NCBI GenBank assembly: GCA_963706315.1
Contig: CAVPMA010000017.1
Location: 57,287-81,286 of the forward strand
Direction of reading: 5' to 3'
DNA from: an uncultured Thermoleophilia bacterium
GTDB lineage: Bacteria > Actinomycetota > Thermoleophilia > Miltoncostaeales > Miltoncostaeaceae
Length of the DNA: 24,000 nucleotides
A program made the translations under genes and the position numbers. Shown piece by piece: positions 14,433 to 24,000 of this stretch (within the stretch, counting starts at the first letter, position 1; every line of letters starts with the position of its first letter). A model generated the notes under the pieces. It did not search any database. It had not been told where the DNA came from and saw only the letters and a program-made list of their open reading frames with translations.

Positions 14433-17090
14433 TTAAGCGCCGTGGCACTTCTTGTACTTCAACCCGGAGCCGCACGGACACGGGTCGTTGCGCCCGACGC
14501 GATCCCACTCGTCCACGACGCGCTGCTCCACCTTCGGGGCGGGGTCTCCGCCGTTCGGTTCGGTCGCCACGAGCACGGCGCCGTCGTCGGCAGTCTCGTC
14601 GAAGCCCTGGATCGGGTCGTCGGCGTACGTGTAGTTGACGCGGTCCGGCTGGTGGGACTCGATCTGCGGGGCCCGCTCCACCTCGAGGTGGAACATGTAG
14701 CGGACGAACTCGCTCTTCACCGAGTCCATCATCTCCTCGAACATGTCGTGGCCCTCGAGGCGGTACTCGGACAGCGGGTCCTTCTGGCCAAGCGCCCGCA
14801 GGTGGATGCCCTCCCGCAGGTAGTCCATGTTGTAGAGATGCTCGCGCCAGTGCTGATCCACCGAGCTGAGCAGCACGTACCGTTCGAGGTCGCGGATGAG
14901 GGGGGTGCCGGTCTCTTCGTTGACGCCGAGCTCTTCCTCGCGCCGCTCGTACGCCTCCATTGCGTCGTCCTCGAGGCGATCCAGGAGCTCCTCGGTCGTG
15001 AGCGCGGCCCGGTCCAGGACGTCGGGCCCGAACGACACCGGGTAGTAGGTCGCCACCTGGGAGAACAGCGCGTCGAGATCCCACTCTCCCGGAGGGTTGG
15101 TGCCGTCGTCGAAGCTGTCGACCACCTGCACGAGCGTCTCCGCGATCCACGTCTTGGCCTGGTCGGAGACGTCCTCGCCCTCCAGCACCTGCCGGCGTTC
15201 GCGGTAGATGACCTCCCGCTGCTGGTTGAGCACGTCGTCGTACTCGAGCACGCGCTTGCGGATGCCGAAGTTCTGCTCCTCGACCTTCTTCTGGGCGCCC
15301 TCGACGGTCTTGCTCAGGATGCCCGCCTCGATCGGCACGTCCTCGGCGGGGCCGAGCCGGTCGAGCACCCGGTACATGCGATCGCCGGAGAAGATCCGGA
15401 TGAGGTCGTCCTCGGCGGAGAGGTAGAAGCGGGACCGGCCGGGATCGCCCTGCCGGCCTGAACGGCCCCGCAGCTGGTTGTCGATCCGGCGGCTCTCGTG
15501 GCGCTCGGTGCCGAGGACGTACAGGCCGCCGACGTCGGGGATTCCCTCGCCGAGCTTGATGTCGACGCCGCGGCCGGCCATGTTCGTCGCGATGGTGACG
15601 GCGCCCTGCTGGCCCGCGTCCTTGATGATCTCGGCCTCGCGGTCGTGCTGCTTCGCGTTGAGCACCTGGTGCGGGATCCCGCGCTGCGTGAGCTTGTTGG
15701 ACAGCATCTCCGAGATCTCGACCGAGATCGTGCCGACGAGCACCGGCTGGCCGAGCTCGTGGGTCTCGGCGATGTCCTCGACGACCGCGTTCCACTTCGC
15801 GTCGCGGGTCTTGAAGATGAGGTCGTTCTGGTCGTCCCGGATCATCGGCCGGTTCGTCGGGATCGACACGACCTCCATCTTGTAGATCTTGTCGAACTCG
15901 GTGGCCTCGGTCGCCGCGGTGCCGGTCATGCCGCTCAGCTTCTCGTACATGCGGAAGTAGTTCTGCAGCGTGATCGTCGCGAGCGTCTGGTTCTCCTCGC
16001 GGATCGCGACGCCTTCCTTCGCCTCGATCGCCTGGTGGAGCCCCTCCGAGTACCGGCGTCCCTCGAGGACGCGCCCGGTGAACTCGTCGACGATTAGGAC
16101 CTCGCCGTCACGGACGATGTACTCGTCGTCGCGGTGGTAGAGGGCGTGCGCACGCAGCGCCTGCACCAGGTGGTTCACGAGCCCCGCGTTGGTGTCGAGG
16201 TACAGGTTCTCGATGCCGAGCGCCTTCTCCACCTTGTCGACGCCGCTCTCGGTCGGGGAGACTGTGCGCTGCTTCTCGTCGATCTCGAAGTCCTCGCCCT
16301 TCTTGAGGGTCGGGATGACCCGGGCGAAGCGGTAGTAGGTGTCGGCCGCCGCCTCCGGGATGCCGGAGATGATCAGCGGGGTGCGTGCCTCGTCGATGAG
16401 AATCGAGTCGACCTCGTCCACGATGCAGAAGTAGTGGCCGCGCTGGACGCAGTCCTCGATGCGCACAGCCATGTTGTCGCGCAGGTAGTCGAACCCGAAT
16501 TCCGAGTTGGTCCCGAAGGTCACGTCGCAGGCGTACTGCTCGCGGCGGATCGACTCCGGCATCATCGGTTCGATGACGCCGACGCTGATGCCGAGCAGGT
16601 CGTAGATCGGCCCCATCCACTCCGCATCGCGCTTGGCGAGGTAGTCGTTGACGGTGACCATGTGCACGCCGCGGCCGAGGAGAGCATTGAGGTAGACGGC
16701 GGGCACGGCGGTGAGCGTCTTGCCCTCGCCGGTCTTCATCTCGGCGACCGCGCCCTCGTGAAGCACGCTCCCCCCGACGAGCTGGACGTCGTAGTGGCGC
16801 AAGCCCAGGCTGCGCTTCGAGGCCTCGCGGACGACCGCGAATGCCTCGGGGAGAATCGCGTGGAGCGACCCGGGGTCGTCGGGGTCGGCCCGCTCCCGGA
16901 ACTCGTCGGTCTTGGCCCGCAGCTCCTCGTCGGAGAGCTGCTCCATCTCCGGCTCGAGCTCGTTGATCGTGTCGACGAGGGAGAAGCGCCGCTTCATCTG
17001 GCGGCCCTCGCCCAGGCGGAACATCTTGTTGAGGAGTTCGCTCAATTCGCGACGCTTTCTGGGATGACGACAGCCGAAGGATGGTAGCAA
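14433..17090 (-). CDS. secA: Preprotein translocase ATPase SecA
   Basis: 885-aa ORF with DEAD-like motor motifs (MKTGEGKTL, CIVDEVDSILIDEARTPLIISG, TNMAGRGVDIKLG) and a C-terminal zinc-binding tail, CPCGSGLKYKKCHGA. The TTG at 17090 is the longest option. TTG 17045 (MSELLNKMFRLG...) fits the usual SecA N-terminus better, so the 5' end is uncertain by 45 nt. Confidence 0.95.
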   Translation of the reverse strand: MLPSFGCRHPRKRRELSELLNKMFRLGEGRQMKRRFSLVDTINELEPEMEQLSDEELRAKTDEFRERADPDDPGSLHAILPEAFAVVREASKRSLGLRHYDVQLVGGSVLHEGAVAEMKTGEGKTLTAVPAVYLNALLGRGVHMVTVNDYLAKRDAEWMGPIYDLLGISVGVIEPMMPESIRREQYACDVTFGTNSEFGFDYLRDNMAVRIEDCVQRGHYFCIVDEVDSILIDEARTPLIISGIPEAAADTYYRFARVIPTLKKGEDFEIDEKQRTVSPTESGVDKVEKALGIENLYLDTNAGLVNHLVQALRAHALYHRDDEYIVRDGEVLIVDEFTGRVLEGRRYSEGLHQAIEAKEGVAIREENQTLATITLQNYFRMYEKLSGMTGTAATEATEFDKIYKMEVVSIPTNRPMIRDDQNDLIFKTRDAKWNAVVEDIAETHELGQPVLVGTISVEISEMLSNKLTQRGIPHQVLNAKQHDREAEIIKDAGQQGAVTIATNMAGRGVDIKLGEGIPDVGGLYVLGTERHESRRIDNQLRGRSGRQGDPGRSRFYLSAEDDLIRIFSGDRMYRVLDRLGPAEDVPIEAGILSKTVEGAQKKVEEQNFGIRKRVLEYDDVLNQQREVIYRERRQVLEGEDVSDQAKTWIAETLVQVVDSFDDGTNPPGEWDLDALFSQVATYYPVSFGPDVLDRAALTTEELLDRLEDDAMEAYERREEELGVNEETGTPLIRDLERYVLLSSVDQHWREHLYNMDYLREGIHLRALGQKDPLSEYRLEGHDMFEEMMDSVKSEFVRYMFHLEVERAPQIESHQPDRVNYTYADDPIQGFDETADDGAVLVATEPNGGDPAPKVEQRVVDEWDRVGRNDPCPCGSGLKYKKCHGA

Positions 17091-17146
17091 CCGCCTCGGG
17101 GCGTCCCGCCGTGACGTGGCGGGGGCCGGTCGGCGGAACTCGTCGA

Positions 17147-17734
17147 TCAGCCGGGCGCGATCAGCCCGAGGTCGCCGTCGCGGCGGCGGTAGATGACGCT
17201 CACGGTGGCGCCGTCGTCGTCGTTGCGGAAGACGTAGAAGTCATGGTTGAGCAGCTCGATCTGCATGGCCGCGTCCTCGACGCTCATCGGTTTCATCTCG
17301 AAGCGCTTCGTCTTGACGAGCCGGGGCTCCGCCTCGTCGTCGCCGGCGTTCGCGACCACCACGGGCGGGCCATCGATGGCCTCGGCGACGTCCACCTTGG
17401 CCGGGGATGCGCCGTGCGGCGGCCGGTGCCGGCGGCGACGGTCCCGATAGCGGCCGGCTTGCCGCTCCAGCTTTTGCACCGCGTGATCGATGGCGAGGTA
17501 CATGTCACGGTCACTCTCGCGTACACGCAGCACCGGACCCTTCGTCCGGACGGTGACCTCGCAGACCTGGTTGCGGTCGATGCTGGGATTGCGCTCGACC
17601 GAGAGCTCCAGCTCGACAAGCGGCGGCTCGTCCCACGGGGGGAGGATCCTGGTGAGCTTCGCCAGCTTGCGCTGGGCGTGGTCGAAGAGCGCGTCGGTGA
17701 CGGGGATGTTCTTCCCCTTGACGTGAAGATCCAT
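17147..17734 (-). CDS. hpf: Ribosome hibernation promoting factor, long form (HPF/RaiA family)
   Basis: 195 aa. The N-terminal S30AE/YfiA domain begins MDLHVKGKNIPVTDALFDHAQRKLAKL... A C-terminal dimerisation domain follows (KTKRFEMKPMSVEDAAMQIELLNHDFYVFRNDDDGATVSVIYRRRDGDLGLI). Perfect SD AAGGAGG 4 nt before the ATG. Confidence 0.93.
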   Translation of the reverse strand: MDLHVKGKNIPVTDALFDHAQRKLAKLTRILPPWDEPPLVELELSVERNPSIDRNQVCEVTVRTKGPVLRVRESDRDMYLAIDHAVQKLERQAGRYRDRRRRHRPPHGASPAKVDVAEAIDGPPVVVANAGDDEAEPRLVKTKRFEMKPMSVEDAAMQIELLNHDFYVFRNDDDGATVSVIYRRRDGDLGLIAPG

Positions 17735-17738
17735 CGGG

Positions 17739-17758
17739 ACCTCCTTGCGCTTGGAGGT
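17739..17758 (-). promoter_or_regulatory. SD-sequestering hairpin in the hpf 5' leader
   Basis: The minus-strand RNA reads ACCUCC-AAGCGCAA-GGAGGU-CCCG-AUG. The 6-bp stem pairs the hpf Shine-Dalgarno with an upstream anti-SD that has the same sequence as the 16S rRNA 3' tail core (CCUCC). Confidence 0.4.
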
Positions 17759-18028
17759 GCTGAGTGCACCGCCTCAGGAGTCTTGTCGGCATCCGGTGGC
17801 TGAAACCTCGCTCGGATTTGGACCGTCTTGCCAGGACGTTCAGTCTGGGAAGCTCGTCCTCGCCTTCGCCCATATGTCCGATATGAACAAAGGCTGCATC
17901 CTTGTCGGTGGGTCGGGCGTTTCCGCCCGCCCCCTGCGTATGGAATTGGGACCCTTCGAGTCCCGATTCAATTTCCGATCGGGTTTTCGCTCGCCGGATA
18001 CTCAACGAGACACTCCTGCGACGGTGCA

Positions 18029-18760
18029 CTAGATCGTAGCGCCTGGCGACCCTCTCGTGACCCGGGCGAACGCGATCGCGCCGACCGGCCCGGCGCCTGC
18101 GGCCCGGAGGGCCCTGGCGCACGCGGTGAGGGTCGCGCCTGTGGTGTGGACGTCGTCGACGAGGCAGACGGCCGGCGGGGTCGTTGCGCGATCCGCCCGG
18201 AAGGCGCCGCGCACCTGCAGGCGACGCTCGGTCACCGACGAGCCCCGTTGCGTCGGTGCCTCGCGGACGCGTTCGATGGGCGTTGCGACCGCGAGCCCCC
18301 ACGCGCGCCCGAGTTCCCGGGCGATGAGCTCCGCCTGGTTGAACCCGCGCTCGCGCTGCCGGGCAGCCGCGAGCGGGACCGGGACGAGGGTGATCCCCGG
18401 CGGCGGCATGGGGATCCGGGTCGCCATGATGGCCGCGATCGGCGCGGCCAAGGACCTGAGCCGGCGGTCCTTGAGGGCCGAGACGATCGCCGGGGCGGGA
18501 TCGGCATAGCTCACCGCGTGGCGGGCGACGTCGATCGCCGGCGGGCACTCGACGCACGACGGGACGTCGAGCGACCACGGATGCCCGCATCGCCGGCACC
18601 GGGGCTGGACCGGCTCCGCAAGGCGGGCGGCGCAGTCGACGCAGATCGGGTCGCCGGGAAGACCGCATCCCGCACAGGCCGGCGGCAGCAGGACGTCGAA
18701 CGCCGCCCCGAGCATGGTCCGCACACGCATCGCGGGAGCGTCGCAGCGGCCACGTGGCAT
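18029..18760 (-). CDS. comF: ComF-family protein (phosphoribosyltransferase-like, ComFC type)
   Basis: N-terminal Cys-rich zinc-finger-like region (LLPPACAGCG...CVDC...RCRRCGHP...CVEC) and a C-terminal PRTase motif (VCLVDDVHTTGATLTACARAL). The comF-hpf-secA order is conserved in Gram-positives. The start could be one of the internal Met codons (MRVRTMLGAAFD). Confidence 0.85.
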   Translation of the reverse strand: MPRGRCDAPAMRVRTMLGAAFDVLLPPACAGCGLPGDPICVDCAARLAEPVQPRCRRCGHPWSLDVPSCVECPPAIDVARHAVSYADPAPAIVSALKDRRLRSLAAPIAAIMATRIPMPPPGITLVPVPLAAARQRERGFNQAELIARELGRAWGLAVATPIERVREAPTQRGSSVTERRLQVRGAFRADRATTPPAVCLVDDVHTTGATLTACARALRAAGAGPVGAIAFARVTRGSPGATI

Positions 18761-18815
18761 GTGGCGCGCGAACCATCACGGGCGACGCACACGAGTGCGT
18801 CAGTTCACGATCGGG

Positions 18816-18977
18816 TCAGGCCGTGCCGGCCGACGGAAGCGCGGCGAGGCCACCGGCGCGGCGCCGCCACAGAATGTGAGCCCACAGACCGGCGCCGCCG
18901 AGCGCCCCGCTGAGGAGCGCCGCGTGCAGCGCCCCAATCTCGGCCTGGTCGAAGCTTGCTGGCTGAAGGTCGGACAT
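18816..18977 (-). CDS. Small hypothetical membrane protein (53 aa)
   Basis: This is the tail of track ORF 18816..19514. ATG 18977 is preceded by GGAGGCAAGG, which places GGAGG 5 nt upstream. Sequence: MSDLQPASFDQAEIGALHAALLSGALGGAGLWAHILWRRRAGGLAALPSAGTA, with one hydrophobic helix followed by RRR. It lies 55 nt upstream of comF on the same strand. Confidence 0.45.
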   Translation of the reverse strand: MSDLQPASFDQAEIGALHAALLSGALGGAGLWAHILWRRRAGGLAALPSAGTA

Positions 18978-19104
18978 CCTTGCCTCCGGTCGCGACATAC
19001 CCTCCAGGTATCGGCACGTGCGCGCGGCCACATGACGTTCGCCGCGTTCCGGAGGTGCGGAAGCGTCGGCGGACTGCCCGAGCAACCGGGTAAGCTCCCG
19101 CGCC

Positions 19105-20142
19105 GTGGTCCGGAAGATCCTCACGGCCCTGCTCGTGCTCGGGCCGGTGGTCGTCATCCTCGAGCACGCCGGTGCCGGCGACCTGACGGTCTTCATTCTC
19201 GCAGCCATGGCGCTCGTCCCGCTCGCCTGGCTCATCGGAGAGGCCACCGAGCACGCAGCGCACCACACCGGCCCGGGTGTCGGCGGCTTCCTCAACGCCA
19301 CCTTCGGCAACGCGCCCGAGCTCATCATCGCGCTCCTGGCCCTCAACGACGGTTTGACCGAGGTGGTCCGTGGCTCCCTGACCGGTTCCGTCGTGGGAAA
19401 CCTGCTCCTGGTACTCGGCTTCTCGCTGCTCTTCGGCGGGCGCGGCGAGCTCGATCGCGAGTCCAGCTTCGTCTCGATGGGGCTCGTCGGGCTGGCCGTG
19501 GTGCTCTTCCTCATCCCGTCGATCCCCGGGTTCAGCGGTGACCCCGAGCGCGACTCGCTCGCGCGGCTCTCGATCCCCGTGTCGATCGTACTGCTGGTGG
19601 TCTACGTGTTCGTAACGATCCTCGCTCTCCGCCGCCATCACTCAATGCACGTTTCCGACGAGCCGGGCGAGATGGTCGCGTGGTCGCTGCCGTACTCGCT
19701 CGGCGTGTTGGGAGCCGCGACGGTGGTCACGGCATTCGTCGCCGAGGCGCTCGTCGGGTCGCTCGAGACGTTCGCCGACAAGGCCGGGCTCTCGGAGTTC
19801 TTCGTCTCCGCGGTGATCGTGGCGATCGTCGGCAACGCGGCTGAGCACGGCGGAGCCGTTGTGGTCGCCGCCAAGGGCAACATCAAGCTGGCCGCGGAGA
19901 TCGCCCTCTCGTCGAGCGCCCAGGTGGCGGTGTTCCTGATCCCGGCGGTCGCCCTGCTCTCGTGGGCGATCGACCCCCTCGCCCTGTCGTTCCGCCCGAT
20001 CGAGATCGGGACGCTGGCCGCCGCGGTGGTATTTACCGCCTTGGTGCTGTGGGGCGGGAAGTCCAGCCGCTTCCGGGGCGGACTCCTGACCGCCGCCTAC
20101 GTGGCCGCCGCGGTCTCGTTCTACTTCGCCGGCGACCGGTAG
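19105..20142 (+). CDS. cax: Ca2+/H+ antiporter (CaCA/CAX family)
   Basis: 345 aa and about 10-11 TM. It has the two alpha-repeat signatures, GNAPELIIALLAL and GNAAEHGGAVVVA, plus IGEATEHAAHHTGPGVGGFLNATFGNA, typical of ChaA/YfkE-type exchangers. GTG start. Confidence 0.9.
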   Translation: MVRKILTALLVLGPVVVILEHAGAGDLTVFILAAMALVPLAWLIGEATEHAAHHTGPGVGGFLNATFGNAPELIIALLALNDGLTEVVRGSLTGSVVGNLLLVLGFSLLFGGRGELDRESSFVSMGLVGLAVVLFLIPSIPGFSGDPERDSLARLSIPVSIVLLVVYVFVTILALRRHHSMHVSDEPGEMVAWSLPYSLGVLGAATVVTAFVAEALVGSLETFADKAGLSEFFVSAVIVAIVGNAAEHGGAVVVAAKGNIKLAAEIALSSSAQVAVFLIPAVALLSWAIDPLALSFRPIEIGTLAAAVVFTALVLWGGKSSRFRGGLLTAAYVAAAVSFYFAGDR

Positions 20143-20188
20143 CGCGCCTCACCCGGCGAGGGGTGGGGCCCCGTGCGAGACTGCGCCG

Positions 20189-20942
20189 ATGCGCATCCGC
20201 CTGCTTCGCCACGCAACCCTGCTCGTCGAGACCGCCGGAAGACGGTTCCTCGTCGACCCCCTGCTCGGGCCGGCGGGATCCCAGCCGCCGATATCAGAGA
20301 CGCCGAACCCGCGGCCCAACCCCTTGGTCGGCCTGCCGATGGAGCCCCTCGACACCGTCGCGGGCATCTCGGCGACGCTGGTGACGCACCTCCACCCCGA
20401 TCACTTCGATCAGACCGCGCTCGGCGTGGTACCGCGCGACCGGCCCGTGCTGTGCCAGCCGCGAGATCACGAGATGTTCATCCGCGCCGGACTCTCGGCC
20501 CAGGTCGTCGGCGATTCGCTCGACCTCGACGGGGTTCGCATCACCCGTACGGGCGGCCGGCACGGCACCGGCGCCATCGGCGCGGAGATGGGCGACGTCA
20601 GCGGATTCGTCCTCGCCGCCGACGGGGAGCCGACGCTCTACATCGCCGGGGACACGATCTGGTGCGAGGAGGTCGCGGCGGCCATCGCGGCGCACTCCCC
20701 CGATGTCATCGTGGTGAACGCCGGTGCGGCGCAGTTCGTGCAGGGCGACCCGATCACCATGGATGTCCCGGACGTCGTCGCGACCTGCAACGCGGCACCC
20801 GACGCCGTCGTGGTCGCCGTGCACATGGAGGCCGTCAACCACTGCCTGCTCACCCGTGAGGGCCTCCGAGCCGGGGTCGCGTCCGCCGGCCTCGACGGCC
20901 GGGTGCTGACGCCCGCCGACGGAGAGACGCTGGAGCTGTCCT

Positions 20943-20950
<8 letters not shown>
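20189..20950 (+). CDS. MBL-fold metallo-hydrolase
   Basis: 253 aa with the metallo-beta-lactamase motif LVTHLHPDHFD and a later ...IAGDT...VAVHMEA... histidine. The substrate cannot be inferred. The 3' end overlaps the convergent mtnA-like gene by 8 nt. Confidence 0.8.
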
Positions 20951-22018
<1,068 letters not shown>

Positions 22019-22022
<4 letters not shown>

Positions 22023-23110
22023 CCCGCGGACGGGCCGGCGGACCGGCCGTAGCCGGTGTTCGCGAGTCGGTCCTTGAGGCGGTCGATCATCGTGATCGGG
22101 CCGGGATCGACCTGCAGGAGGCACGCCAGGTACAGGGATGCGTAGTCGCCGAGGAGCACCAGGTCGAGCATCCGGGCGAGCGCAGTGCGTCCCTCGGCCT
22201 CGATCCGTGTGACGCCCTCCACGAATGGGCTCACGAGCTCCTCGGTGATCCCGAACCGCCGCTCCACCTGCCGGTGATTGCGCGGGTCGAGCAGCATGAT
22301 CACGCGCGTGCGGGCCCCGGCCGCGCCGGTCCCCTCGATCCCGACGATCTCGTTGTGGTTGTGCTCCGGCAGCGTCGACCACGACGCCGGGATCTTCGCG
22401 TTCTCGTTGAGCTGGCACTTCCACCGGTAGGCGATCGGCCCGGTGATCTCCGCTCCCCAGATCAGCGGCGCGCGCTCGAGCAGCAGCCCCGCGACCTGCT
22501 TCGCGGGGTTCGCGTCCTCGGGCGAGGACGGACCGTAGTCGCGCACCGCGGTCGCGAGGGTCTCGCGCGCCTCGGCGAGGTCGGCGTCGAGCGACGGAAG
22601 CACCTCGAGGCGCTCGAGCACCACGAGCATTGCCGCCAGCATCTGCACGAGCGCGGCTCGGGGCATCGGCGCCGGCGGCGGCTCGATGATCGGCACGCCG
22701 CGCTCCCCGTAGAACGATGCGAGCTTCCCGCCTGTCGAGATGGCAATCGCCGGGCAGGTGCGGTCGAGTGCCTCCATCATGCAGGTGAGCGTCTCCTCGG
22801 TGGTCCCCGAGAACGAGGATCCGATCACGAGGGTGTCCTCGCCCACCCAGCCCGGCAGGTAGTAGTCGCGAACCACCTGCACCGGCCGGCGCAGGCGCTC
22901 CCAGAACGCGCCGATGATGAGGTCGCCCGCGATCGCCGAGCCGCCCATCCCGCAGATCGCGACATTCGCGACTGCGTCGGCCGGGAAGGGGATCTCTACG
23001 GCGCGGGCACGCTCGATGGCCTGGTCGAAGACCTCGACGGCCCGTCCCGTCTGCGCGACCAGACCGAGGGAGTCGATGTCCAGGATCTGCGGGTGGTCAA
23101 GCACGCCCAC
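22019..23110 (-). CDS. Bifunctional phosphoglucose/phosphomannose isomerase-type SIS-domain protein
   Basis: 363 aa with SIS features (ICGMGGSAIAGD, VIGSSFSGTTEETL) and a C-terminal PGI/PMI-family region (IWGAEITGPIAYRWKCQLNENAKIPA...LPEHNHNEIVG). The GTG start overlaps the upstream gene by 14 nt. Confidence 0.85.
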
Positions 23111-24000
23111 TCTGCACCTCCTCGTTCGCCGGCGAGATCTCGATGGTGGCGCCGGTGTCGATGGTGATGCCCTCGAGCCGCACGCCGGCGGCGAGCGTCG
23201 CCCCGTCGCCGATCACGACGCCCTCGAGAAGCTCGCAGCCGTCGCCCACGCGCACGCCGGCGCCCACGATGGCGCCCCGGACGCGCGTGCCGCACCCCAC
23301 GTCGGTGCCCGCACCGATGACGCTGCCCTCGACCGAGGAGCCCTCACCCACCACCCCTGACGCCCCGACAGTGCTGCCGCCGGTCACGACCGCTCCCGGC
23401 GCGACGGTGGCGCCGGGACCGAGGTATCGCTCACCGACGGGGGACGCGGTCCGCACCGTCCCCGCGAGCACGTCGAGGTGCGCCTGCAAGTACGACTCGG
23501 GCGTTCCGATGTCGCGCCAGTAGCTCGCACTCGGGAATCCCGCCAGGCGCCCGCCCGACGCGAGGTGCGGAAAGGTGTCGCGCTCGATCGAGCACGCCTC
23601 GCCTGGCGGGATGAGGTCGAGCACGTCGCGCTCGAGCAGGTAGGTGCCGGCGTTGATCAGGAACGGCTCGCCCGGGCGGAGCTCGTCGGCCGACGGCTTC
23701 TCGACGAACGCCTCGACGCGATGGTCGGGGTGGAGCCGCACCAGGCCGTAGCGGGACGGGTCGTCGACAGGCGTGAGCGCAAGCGTCCCGGACACGTCCG
23801 AGGCCTCGTGTCGAGCGACCAGCGCCGAGAGGTCGAGGTCGGTGAGGACGTCGCCGTTGAGCACGAGGGTGCGCTCCCCGCGGAGCAGGGACTCCGCGTT
23901 CTTCACGGCTCCGGCGGTGCCGAGCGGCACCGGGTCGACGACGTACCGCAGGCGCATGCCGATGCCTCGGCCGTCACCGAAGTGCTCCTCGAGCGCCTCC
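23097..24000 (-). CDS. NDP-sugar pyrophosphorylase (mannose-1-phosphate guanylyltransferase-like) with C-terminal left-handed beta-helix; 5' end outside window
   Basis: The frame stays open to the window end (...EALEEHFGDGRGIGMRLRYVVDPVPLGTAGAVKNA...). Nucleotidyltransferase motifs are present (PLGTAGA, LNGDVLTDLDL, INAGTYLLE, YWRDIGTPESY), followed by hexapeptide repeats (GAIVGAGVRVGDGCELLEGVVIGDGATL). Confidence 0.85.
   Translation of the reverse strand, partial: EALEEHFGDGRGIGMRLRYVVDPVPLGTAGAVKNAESLLRGERTLVLNGDVLTDLDLSALVARHEASDVSGTLALTPVDDPSRYGLVRLHPDHRVEAFVEKPSADELRPGEPFLINAGTYLLERDVLDLIPPGEACSIERDTFPHLASGGRLAGFPSASYWRDIGTPESYLQAHLDVLAGTVRTASPVGERYLGPGATVAPGAVVTGGSTVGASGVVGEGSSVEGSVIGAGTDVGCGTRVRGAIVGAGVRVGDGCELLEGVVIGDGATLAAGVRLEGITIDTGATIEISPANEEVQSGRA

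Noticed and set aside
17105-17123. GC-rich hairpins as intrinsic terminators: CCCGCC-N7-GGCGGG between hpf and secA (17105..17123); CCTCACCC-N6-GGGTGGGG after cax (20147..20168); and CGGGCG-GAAA-CGCCCG about 100 nt after comF (17914..17929).
   Set aside because: The stems are real, but none is followed by a U-tract on the relevant strand. They may be U-less terminators or processing sites, but I cannot distinguish that from chance structure in GC-rich DNA.
17860-17900. SigB/SigF-like promoter (GTTCAT-N11-GGGCGA) upstream of hpf.
   Set aside because: It is only a loose resemblance to GTTT-N12-17-GGGTAT consensus sequences, with mismatches in both elements. It cannot be supported from sequence alone.
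22023-22424. N-terminal 134 aa of track ORF 20943..22424 as part of the MtnA-like protein.
   Set aside because: This part is a low-complexity Arg/Pro/Asp string that overlaps the PGI/PMI gene. Family homology starts at MSTAPPG (ATG 22022), with an ATGA overlap to the upstream stop.

Overview
This is a high-GC, almost fully coding bacterial chromosome segment. Gene content and order look like a core housekeeping region of an Actinomycetota-like Gram-positive organism, but that taxonomy is inference only. I call 26 CDS, 20 of them on the minus strand, plus one ncRNA. From the left: a partial trmH-like gene with rplT, rpmI and infC; a hypothetical gene; and a DAO-family FAD oxidoreductase. Next is a 363-nt tmRNA gene (ssrA, minus strand, about 3359..3721), which the ORF track cannot show. 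A ClpC2-like HTH + Clp_N gene sits 54 nt upstream of ssrA, and lutABC runs divergently from it. A long minus-strand run follows: small membrane protein, smpB, RNase R, S41 C-terminal processing peptidase, ftsX, ftsE, prfB (single ORF, no frameshift), secA, long-form hpf and comF. On the right are a 53-aa membrane ORF, a Ca2+/H+ exchanger and an MBL-fold hydrolase. The window ends with an overlapping trio: NDP-sugar pyrophosphorylase (partial), SIS-type PGI/PMI and an MtnA/eIF-2B-like isomerase. I saw no CRISPR array, transposase, integrase, tRNA or rRNA, and I found no convincing novel multi-gene system such as a defence island. The points most worth a second look are: (1) the tmRNA, which has a non-canonical T-loop, no encoded CCA and a tag ending in YAA; (2) the ClpC2-like gene abutting ssrA inside an unusually complete ribosome-rescue and quality-control neighbourhood; (3) a hairpin in the hpf leader that sequesters the Shine-Dalgarno sequence; (4) the MtnA-like isomerase translationally coupled to sugar-nucleotide genes. 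The many long Arg/Pro/Gly-rich ORFs in other frames are high-GC artefacts.
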